Positions 53,901 to 64,000 of a stretch of 64,000 bases of DNA are shown piece by piece. A model generated the notes under the pieces. That model was given only the letters and a program-made list of their open reading frames with translations, had not been told where the DNA came from and did no database searches. The DNA lies in the NCBI RefSeq assembly GCF_009914755.1, contig NC_060932.1. One strand, written 5' to 3'. This DNA comes from the human T2T-CHM13v2.0 reference genome, Homo sapiens. The first letter of the stretch is position 1. Each line of letters starts with the position of its first letter. The translations under genes and the position numbers were made by a program.

Positions 53901-56900
53901 CAGGCCTATGCTTAAAATAGGAAATATCTACCTACAGAAACTAGACAGAAGCATTCTGAGAATCACGTTTGTGATGTGGGTACTCAACTAACAGTGTTGA
54001 TCCATTCTTTTGATACAGCAGTTTTGAACCACACTTTTTGTAGAATCTGCAAGAGGATATTTGGATAGCTGTGAGGATTTCGTTGGAAACGGGAATGTCT
54101 TCAAAGAAAATCTAGACAGAAGCATTCTCAGAAACACCTTCGTGATGTTTGCAATCAAGTCACAGAGTTGAACCTTCCGTTTCATAGAGCAGGTTGGAAA
54201 CACTCTTATTGTAGTATCTGGAAGTGGACATTTGGAGCGCTTTCAGGCCTATGGTGAAAAAGGAAATATCTTCCCATAAAAACGACATAGAAGCTATCTC
54301 AGGAACTTGTTTATGATGCATCTAATCAACTAACAGTGTTGAACCTTTGTACTGACAGAGCAGTTTGAAACACTCTTTTTTTGGAATCTGCAAGTGGATA
54401 TTTGGATCGCTTTGAGGATTTCGTTGGAAACGGGATGCAATATAAAACGTACACAGCAGCATACTCAGAAAATACTTTGCCATATTTCCATTCAAGTCAC
54501 AGAGTGGAACATTCCCATTCATAGAGCAGGTTGGAAACACTCTTTTTGGAGTATCTGGAAGTGGACATTTGGAGCGCTTTCTGAACTATGGTGAAAAAGG
54601 AAATATCTTCCAATGAAAACAAGACAGAAGCATTCTGAGAAACTTATTTGTGATGTGTGTCCTCAACAAACGGACTTGAACCTTTCGTTTCATGCAGTAC
54701 TTCTGGAACACTCTTTTTGAAGATTCTGCATGCGGATATTTGGATAGCTTTGAGGATTTCGTTGGAAACGGGCTTACATGTAAAAATTAGACAGCAGAAT
54801 TCTCAGAAACTTCTTTGTGGTGTCTGCATTCAAGTCACAGAATTGAACTTCCCCTCACATAGAGCAGTTGTGCAGCACTCTATTTGTAGTATCTGGAAGT
54901 GGACATTTGGAGGGCTTTGTAGCCTATCTGGAAAAAGGAAATATCTTCCCATGAATGCGAGATAGAAGTAATCTCAGAAACATGTTTATGCTGTATCTAC
55001 TCAACTAACTGTGCTGAACATTTCTATTGATAGAGCAGTTTTGAGACACTCTTCTTTTGGAATCTGCAAGTGGATATTTGGATAGATTTGAGGATTTCGT
55101 TGGAAACGGGATTATATATAAAAAGTAGACAGCAGCATTCTCAGAAACTTCTTTGTGATGTTTGCATCCAGCTCTCAGAGTTGAACATTCCCTTTCATAG
55201 AGTAGGTTTGAAACCCTCTTTTTATAGTGTCTGGAAGCGGGCATTTGGAGCGCTTTCAGGTCTATGCTTAAAATAGGAAATATCTACCTACAGAAACTAG
55301 ACAGAAGCATTCTGAGAATCACGTTTGTGATGTGGGTACTCAACTAACAGTGTTGATCCATTCTTTTGATACAGCAGTTTTGAACCACACTTTTTGTAGA
55401 ATCTGCAAGAGGATATTTGGATAGCTGTGAGGATTTCGTTGGAAACGGGAATGTCTTCAAAGAAAATCTAGACAGAAGCATTCTCAGAAACACCTTCGTG
55501 ATGTTTGCAATCAAGTCACAGAGTTGAACCTTCCGTTTCATAGAGCAGGTTGGAAACACTCTTATTGTAGTATCTGGAAGTGGACATTTGGAGCGCTTTC
55601 AGGCCTATGGTGAAAAAGGAAATATCTTCCCATAAAAACGACATAGAAGCTATCTCAGGAACTTGTTTATGATGCATCTAATCAACTAACAGTGTTGAAC
55701 CTTTGTACTGACAGAGCAGTTTGAAACACTCTTTTTTTGGAATCTGCAAGTGGATATTTGGATCGCTTTGAGGATTTCGTTGGAAACGGGATGCAATATA
55801 AAACGTACACAGCAGCATACTCAGAAAATACTTTGCCATATTTCCATTCAAGTCACAGAGTGGAACATTCCCATTCATAGAGCAGGTTGGAAACACTCTT
55901 TTTGGAGTATCTGGAAGTGGACATTTGGAGCGCTTTCTGAACTATGGTGAAAAAGGAAATATCTTCCAATGAAAACAAGACAGAAGCATTCTGAGAAACT
56001 TATTTGTGATGTGTGTCCTCAACAAACGGACTTGAACCTTTCGTTTCATGCAGTACTTCTGGAACACTCTTTTTGAAGATATTGCATGCGGATATTTGGA
56101 TAGCTTTGAGGATTTCGTTGGAAACGGGCTTACATGTAAAAATTAGACAGCAGCATTCTCAGAAACTTCTTTGTGGTGTCTGCATTCAAGTCACAGAATT
56201 GAACTTCCCCTCACATAGAGCAGTTGTGCAGCACTCTATTTGTAGTATCTGGAAGTGGACATTTGGAGGGCTTTGTAGCCTATCTGGAAAAAGGAAATAT
56301 CTTCCCATGAATGCGAGATAGAAGTAATCTCAGAAACATGTTTATGCTGTATCTACTCAACTAACTGTGCTGAACATTTCTATTGATAGAGCAGTTTTGA
56401 GACACTCTTCTTTTGGAATCTGCAAGTGGATATTTGGATAGATTTGAGGATTTCGTTGGAAACGGGATTATATATAAAAAGTAGACAGCAGCATTCTCAG
56501 AAACTTCTTTGTGATGTTTGCATCCAGCTCTCAGAGTTGAACATTCCCTTTCATAGAGTAGGTTTGAAACCCTCTTTTTATAGTGTCTGGAAGCGGGCAT
56601 TTGGAGCGCTTTCAGGCCTATGCTTAAAATAGGAAATATCTACCTACAGAAACTAGACAGAAGCATTCTGAGAATCACGTTTGTGATGTGGGTACTCAAC
56701 TAACAGTGTTGATCCATTCTTTTCATACAGCAGTTTTGAACCACACTTTTTGTAGAATCTGCAAGAGGATATTTGGATAGCTGTGAGGATTTCGTTGGAA
56801 ACGGGAATGTCTTCAAAGAAAATCTAGACAGAAGCATTCTCAGAAACACCTTCGTGATGTTTGCAATCAAGTCACAGAGTTGAACCTTCCGTTTCATAGA

Positions 56901-59900
56901 GCAGGTTGGAAACACTCTTATTGTAGTATCTGGAAGTGGACATTTGGAGCGCTTTCAGGCCTATGGTGAAAAAGGAAATATCTTCCCATAAAAACGACAT
57001 AGAAGCTATCTCAGGAACTTGTTTATGATGCATCTAATCAACTAACAGTGTTGAACCTTTGTACTGACAGAGCAGTTTGAAACACTCTTTTTTTGGAATC
57101 TGCAAGTGGATATTTGGATCGCTTTGAGGATTTCGTTGGAAACGGGATGCAATATAAAACGTACACAGCAGCATACTCAGAAAATACTTTGCCATATTTC
57201 CATTCAAGTCACAGAGTGGAACATTCCCATTCATAGAGCAGGTTTGAAACACTCTTTTTGGAGTATCTGGAAGTGGACATTTGGAGCGCTTTCTGAACTA
57301 TGGTGAAAAAGGAAATATCTTCCAATGAAAACAAGACAGAAGCATTCTGAGAAACTTATTTGTGATGTGTGTCCTCAACAAACGGACTTGAACCTTTCGT
57401 TTCATGCAGTACTTCTGGAACACTCTTTTTGAAGATTCTGCATGCGGATATTTGCATAGCTTTGAGGATTTCGTTGGAAACGGGCTTACATGTAAAAATT
57501 AGACAGCAGAATTCTCAGAAACTTCTTTGTGGTGTCTGCATTCAAGTCACAGAATTGAACTTCCCCTCACATAGAGCAGTTGTGCAGCACTCTATTTGTA
57601 GTATCTGGAAGTGGACATTTGGAGGGCTTTGTAGCCTATCTGGAAAAAGGAAATATCTTCCCATGAATGCGAGATAGAAGTAATCTCAGAAACATGTTTA
57701 TGCTGTATCTACTCAACTAACTGTGCTGAACATTTCTATTGATAGAGCAGTTTTGAGACACTCTTCTTTTGGAATCTGCAAGTGGATATTTGGATAGATT
57801 TGAGGATTTTGTTGGAAACGGGATTATATATAAAAAGTAGACAGCAGCATTCTCAGAAACTTCTTTGTGATGTTTGCATCCAGCTCTCAGAGTTGAACAT
57901 TCCCTTTCATAGAGTAGGTTTGAAACCCTCTTTTTATAGTGTCTGGAAGCGGGCATTTGGAGCGCTTTCAGGTCTATGCTTAAAATAGGAAATATCTACC
58001 TACAGAAACTAGACAGAAGCATTCTGAGAATCACGTTTGTGATGTGGGTACTCAACTAACAGTGTTGATCCATTCTTTTGATACAGCAGTTTTGAACCAC
58101 ACTTTTTGTAGAATCTGCAAGAGGATATTTGGATAGCTGTGAGGATTTCGTTGGAAACGGGAATGTCTTCAAAGAAAATCTAGACAGAAGCATTCTCAGA
58201 AACACCTTCGTGATGTTTGCAATCAAGTCACAGAGTTGAACCTTCCGTTTCATAGAGCAGGTTGGAAACACTCTTATTGTAGTATCTGGAAGTGGACATT
58301 TGGAGCGCTTTCAGGCCTATGGTGAAAAAGGAAATATCTTCCCATAAAAACGACATAGAAGCTATCTCAGGAACTTGTTTATGATGCATCTAATCAACTA
58401 ACAGTGTTGAACCTTTGTACTGACAGAGCAGTTTGAAACACTCTTTTTTTGGAATCTGCAAGTGGATATTTGGATCGCTTTGAGGATTTCGTTGGAAACG
58501 GGATGCAATATAAAACGTACACAGCAGCATACTCAGAAAATACTTTGCCATATTTCCATTCAAGTCACAGAGTGGAACATTCCCATTCATAGAGCAGGTT
58601 TGAAACACTCTTTTTGGAGTATCTGGAAGTGGACATTTGGAGCGCTTTCTGAACTATGGTGAAAAAGGAAATATCTTCCAATGAAAACAAGACAGAAGCA
58701 TTCTGAGAAACTTATTTGTGATGTGTGTCCTCAACAAACGGACTTGAACCTTTCGTTTCATGCAGTACTTCTGGAACACTCTTTTTGAAGATATTGCATG
58801 CGGATATTTGGATAGCTTTGAGGATTTCGTTGGAAACGGGCTTACATGTAAAAATTAGACAGCAGCATTCTCAGAAACTTCTTTGTGGTGTCTGCATTCA
58901 AGTCACAGAATTGAACTTCCCCTCACATAGAGCAGTTGTGCAGCACTCTATTTGTAGTATCTGGAAGTGGACATTTGGAGGGCTTTGTAGCCTATCTGGA
59001 AAAAGGAAATATCTTCCCATGAATGCGAGATAGAAGTAATCTCAGAAACATGTTTATGCTGTATCTACTCAACTAACTGTGCTGAACATTTCTATTGATA
59101 GAGCAGTTTTGAGACACTCTTCTTTTGGAATCTGCAAGTGGATATTTGGATAGATTTGAGGATTTCGTTGGAAACGGGATTATATATAAAAAGTAGACAG
59201 CAGCATTCTCAGAAACTTCTTTGTGATGTTTGCATCCAGCTCTCAGAGTTGAACATTCCCTTTCATAGAGTAGGTTTGAAACCCTCTTTTTATAGTGTCT
59301 GGAAGCGGGCATTTGGAGCGCTTTCAGGCCTATGCTTAAAATAGGAAATATCTACCTACAGAAACTAGACAGAAGCATTCTGAGAATCACGTTTGTGATG
59401 TGGGTACTCAACTAACAGTGTTGATCCATTCTTTTGATACAGCAGTTTTGAACCACACTTTTTGTAGAATCTGCAAGAGGATATTTGGATAGCTGTGAGG
59501 ATTTCGTTGGAAACGGGAAAGTCTTCAAAGAAAATCTAGACAGAAGCATTCTCAGAAACACCTTCGTGATGTTTGCAATCAAGTCACAGAGTTGAACCTT
59601 CCGTTTCATAGAGCAGGTTGGAAACACTCTTATTGTAGTATCTGGAAGTGGACATTTGGAGCGCTTTCAGGCCTATGGTGAAAAAGGAAATATCTTCCCA
59701 TAAAAACGACATAGAAGCTATCTCAGGAACTTGTTTATGATGCATCTAATCAACTAACAGTGTTGAACCTTTGTACTGACAGAGCAGTTTGAAACACTCT
59801 TTTTTTGGAATCTGCAAGTGGATATTTGGATCGCTTTGAGGATTTCGTTGGAAACGGGATGCAATATAAAACGTACACAGCAGCATACTCAGAAAATACT

Positions 59901-62900
59901 TTGCCATATTTCCATTCAAGTCACAGAGTGGAACATTCCCATTCATAGAGCAGGTTTGAAACACTCTTTTTGGAGTATCTGGAAGTGGACATTTGGAGCG
60001 CTTTCTGAACTATGGTGAAAAAGGAAATATCTTCCAATGAAAACAAGACAGAAGCATTCTGAGAAACTTATTTGTGATGTGTGTCCTCAACAAACGGACT
60101 TGAACCTTTCGTTTCATGCAGTACTTCTGGAACACTCTTTTTGAAGATTCTGCATGCGGATATTTGGATAGCTTTGAGGATTTCGTTGGAAACGGGCTTA
60201 CATGTAAAAATTAGACAGCAGCATTCTCAGAAACTTTTTTGTGGTGTCTGCATTCAAGTCACAGAATTGAACTTCCCCTCACATAGAGCAGTTGTGCAGC
60301 ACTCTATTTGTAGTATCTGGAAGTGGACATTTGGAGGGCTTTGTAGCCTATCTGGAAAAGGAAATATCTTCCCATGAATGCGAGATAGAAGTAATCTCAG
60401 AAACATGTTCATGCTGTATCTACTCAACTAACTGTGCTGAACATTTCTATTGATAGAGCAGTTTTGAGACACTCTTCTTTTGGAATCTGCAAGTGGATAT
60501 TTGGATAGATTTGAGGATTTCGTTGGAAACGGGATTATATATAAAAAGTAGACAGCAGCATTCTCAGAAACTTCTTTGTGATGTTTGCATCCAGCTCTCA
60601 GAGTTGAACATTCCCTTTCATAGAGTAGGTTTGAAACCCTCTTTTTATAGTGTCTGGAAGCGGGCATTTGGAGCGCTTTCAGGCCTATGCTTAAAATAGG
60701 AAATATCTACCTACAGAAACTAGACAGAAGCATTCTGAGAATCACGTTTGTGATGTGGGTACTCAACTAACAGTGTTGATCCATTCTTTTGATACAGCAG
60801 TTTTGAACCACACTTTTTGTAGAATCTGCAAGAGGATATTTGGATAGCTGTGAGGATTTCGTTGGAAACGGGAAAGTCTTCAAAGAAAATCTAGACAGAA
60901 GCATTCTCAGAAACACCTTCGTGATGTTTGCAATCAAGTCACAGAGTTGAACCTTCCGTTTCATAGAGCAGGTTGGAAACACTCTTATTGTAGTATCTGG
61001 AAGTGGACATTTGGAGCGCTTTCAGGCCTATGGTGAAAAAGGAAATATCTTCCCATAAAAACGACATAGAAGCTATCTCAGGAACTTGTTTATGATGCAT
61101 CTAATCAACTAACAGTGTTGAACCTTTGTACTGACAGAGCAGTTTGAAACACTCTTTTTTTGGAATCTGCAAGTGGATATTTGGATCGCTTTGAGGATTT
61201 CGTTGGAAACGGGATGCAATATAAAACGTACACAGCAGCATACTCAGAAAATACTTTGCCATATTTCCATTCAAGTCACAGAGTGGAACATTCCCATTCA
61301 TAGAGCAGGTTTGAAACACTCTTTTTGGAGTATCTGGAAGTGGACATTTGGAGCGCTTTCTGAACTATGGTGAAAAAGGAAATATCTTCCAATGAAAACA
61401 AGACAGAAGCATTCTGAGAAACTTATTTGTGATGTGTGTCCTCAACAAACGGACTTGAACCTTTCGTTTCATGCAGTACTTCTGGAACACTCTTTTTGAA
61501 GATTCTGCATGCGGATATTTGGATAGCTTTGAGGATTTCGTTGGAAACGGGCTTACATGTAAAAATTAGACAGCAGCATTCTCAGAAACTTTTTTGTGGT
61601 GTCTGCATTCAAGTCACAGAATTGAACTTCCCCTCACATAGAGCAGTTGTGCAGCACTCTATTTGTAGTATCTGGAAGTGGACATTTGGAGGGCTTTGTA
61701 GCCTATCTGGAAAAGGAAATATCTTCCCATGAATGCGAGATAGAAGTAATCTCAGAAACATGTTCATGCTGTATCTACTCAACTAACTGTGCTGAACATT
61801 TCTATTGATAGAGCAGTTTTGAGACACTCTTCTTTTGGAATCTGCAAGTGGATATTTGGATAGATTTGAGGATTTCGTTGGAAACGGGATTATATATAAA
61901 AAGTAGACAGCAGCATTCTCAGAAACTTCTTTGTGATGTTTGCATCCAGCTCTCAGAGTTGAACATTCCCTTTCATAGAGTAGGTTTGAAACCCTCTTTT
62001 TATAGTGTCTGGAAGCGGGCATTTGGAGCGCTTTCAGGCCTATGCTTAAAATAGGAAATATCTACCTACAGAAACTAGACAGAAGCATTCTGAGAATCAC
62101 GTTTGTGATGTGGGTACTCAACTAACAGTGTTGATCCATTCTTTTGATACAGCAGTTTTGAACCACACTTTTTGTAGAATCTGCAAGAGGATATTTGGAT
62201 AGCTGTGAGGATTTCGTTGGAAACGGGAATGTCTTCAAAGAAAATCTAGACAGAAGCATTCTCAGAAACACCTTCGTGATGTTTGCAATCATGTCACAGA
62301 GTTGAACCTTCCGTTTCATAGAGCAGGTTGGAAACACTCTTATTGTAGTATCTGGAAGTGGACATTTGGAGCGCTTTCAGGCCTATGGTGAAAAAGGAAA
62401 TATCTTCCCATAAAAACGACATAGAAGCTATCTCAGGAACTTGTTTATGATGCATCTAATCAACTAACAGTGTTGAACCTTTGTACTGACAGAGCAGTTT
62501 GAAACACTCTTTTTTTGGAATCTGCAAGTGGATATTTGGATCGCTTTGAGGATTTCGTTGGAAACGGGATGCAATATAAAACGTACACAGCAGCATACTC
62601 AGAAAATACTTTGCCATATTTCCATTCAAGTCACAGAGTGGAACATTCCCATTCATAGAGCAGGTTTGAAACACTCTTTTTGGAGTATCTGGAAGTGGAC
62701 ATTTGGAGCGCTTTCTGAACTATGGTGAAAAAGGAAATATCTTCCAATGAAAACAAGACAGAAGCATTCTGAGAAACTTATTTGTGATGTGTGTCCTCAA
62801 CAAACGGACTTGAACCTTTCGTTTCATGCAGTACTTCTGGAACACTCTTTTTGAAGATTCTGCATGCGGATATTTGGATAGCTTTGAGGATTTCGTTGGA

Positions 62901-64000
62901 AACGGGCTTACATGTAAAAATTAGACAGCAGAATTCTCAGAAACTTCTTTGTGGTGTCTGCATTCAAGTCACAGAATTGAACTTCCCCTCACATAGAGCA
63001 GTTGTGCAGCACTCTATTTGTAGTATCTGGAAGTGGACATTTGGAGGGCTTTGTAGCCTATCTGGAAAAAGGAAATATCTTCCCATGAATGCGAGATAGA
63101 AGTAATCTCAGAAACATGTTTATGCTGTATCTACTCAACTAACTGTGCTGAACATTTCTATTGATAGAGCAGTTTTGAGACACTCTTCTTTTGGAATCTG
63201 CAAGTGGATATTTGGATAGATTTGAGGATTTCGTTGGAAACGGGATTATATATAAAAAGTAGACAGCAGCATTCTCAGAAACTTCTTTGTGATATTTGCA
63301 TCCAGCTCTCAGAGTTGAACATTCCCTTTCATAGAGTAGGTTTGAAACCCTCTTTTTATAGTGTCTGGAAGCGGGCATTTGGAGCGCTTTCAGGTCTATG
63401 CTTAAAATAGGAAATATCTACCTACAGAAACTAGACAGAAGCATTCTGAGAATCACGTTTGTGATGTGGGTACTCAAGTAACAGTGTTGATCCATTCTTT
63501 TGATACAGCAGTTTTGAACCACACTTTTTGTAGAATCTGCAAGAGGATATTTGGATAGCTGTGAGGATTTCGTTGGAAACGGGAATGTCTTCAAAGAAAA
63601 TCTAGACAGAAGCATTCTCAGAAACACCTTCGTGATGTTTGCAATCAAGTCACAGAGTTGAACCTTCCGTTTCATAGAGCAGGTTGGAAACACTCTTATT
63701 GTAGTATCTGGAAGTGGACATTTGGAGCGCTTTCAGGCCTATGGTGAAAAAGGAAATATCTTCCCATAAAAACGACATAGAAGCTATCTCAGGAACTTGT
63801 TTATGATGCATCTAATCAACTAACAGTGTTGAACCTTTGTACTGACAGAGCAGTTTGAAACACTCTTTTTTTGGAATCTGCAAGTGGATATTTGGATCGC
63901 TTTGAGGATTTCGTTGGAAACGGGATGCAATATAAAACGTACACAGCAGCATACTCAGAAAATACTTTGCCATATTTCCATTCAAGTCACAGAGTGGAAC
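50901..64000 (+). repeat. Pure 8-mer HOR run: 9 complete units plus a partial (starts 50901, 52257, 53613, 54969, 56325, 57681, 59037, 60392, 61747, 63103)
   Basis: Spacings 1356 x6, 1355 x2, 1356; monomers M4, M5 and full M6 are absent from this interval. Confidence 0.95.

Larger units (their letters stand above)
1..64000 (+). repeat. Alpha-satellite (alphoid) centromeric HOR array, mixed 7-/8-/11-mer, head-to-tail, no visible interruption
   Basis: Alphoid monomers beginning CATTCTCAGAAAC-like recur about every 171 bp, with CENP-B boxes (TTTCGTTGGAAACGGGA) and A-type boxes (CTATGGTGAAAAAGGAA). Near-identical ORF anchors recur at 1193/1356/1868 bp spacings that sum exactly to the 539-63204 interval. 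Confidence 0.99.
1..64000 (+). other. D8Z2: Probable identity: human chromosome 8 centromeric array D8Z2 (SF2 dimeric family)
   Basis: Co-occurrence of 11-mer (~1.9 kb), 15-mer (~2.5 kb), 7-mer and 8-mer variants with mostly alternating B-box/A-box monomers matches my recollection of published D8Z2 organisation. Not verified by alignment. Confidence 0.85.

Noticed and set aside
135-63693. Hundreds of recurring 61-108 aa ORFs on both strands (MDIWIDLR..., MFPTCSMK..., MPASRHY..., MSSTNGLE...)
   Set aside because: They are translations of satellite monomers: they overlap on opposite strands, many use non-ATG starts, they are broken freely by stops and frameshifts, and they resemble no protein family I recognise. 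Used only as positional anchors.
1-64000. CRISPR-like appearance of the recurring GAGGATTTCGTTGGAAAC motif (ends in GAAAC)
   Set aside because: The intervening sequences are 150-320 bp repeated alphoid DNA rather than unique spacers, no cas genes are present, and the motif is the CENP-B box.
1-64000. Possible L1/Alu insertion, inversion or non-satellite island
   Set aside because: All anchor spacings are within 1 bp of 1193, 1356 or 1868 and ORF strand polarity never flips, leaving no room for an insertion or a sizeable inversion.

Overview
The entire 64 kb window is one uninterrupted, single-orientation array of primate (almost certainly human) centromeric alpha-satellite DNA, made of 166-172 bp monomers organised into higher-order repeats (HORs). 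Eleven monomer types (called M1-M11 here) build three HOR variants: an 11-mer (1868 bp), a 7-mer (1193 bp; M1-M6 plus a hybrid M7/11) and an 8-mer (1356 bp; M1, M2, hybrid M3/6, M7-M11). Alternation of 7 and 8 gives a 2549 bp 15-mer. From position 438 the order of the 45 complete units is 8,7,8,7,7,7,8,7,7,8,8,11,8,7,8,7,8,7,8,8,11,11,7,7,7,8,7,8,11,11,7,8,11,11,11,7,8,8,8,8,8,8,8,8,8, then a partial 8-mer (22 x 8-mer, 15 x 7-mer, 8 x 11-mer). This mix best fits the human chromosome 8 live array D8Z2 (suprachromosomal family 2); that assignment is from recall, not from a search. I see no genes, RNA genes, transposons or CRISPR array, and all ORFs are satellite artefacts. I find no new gene-based system. 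The signal of interest is array architecture: HOR breakpoints mapping at CENP-B/A boxes, a chimeric rebuilt 11-mer, variant-specific CENP-B box density, nested local and 15-33 kb duplications, and a switch to a pure 8-mer domain at about 50.9 kb.
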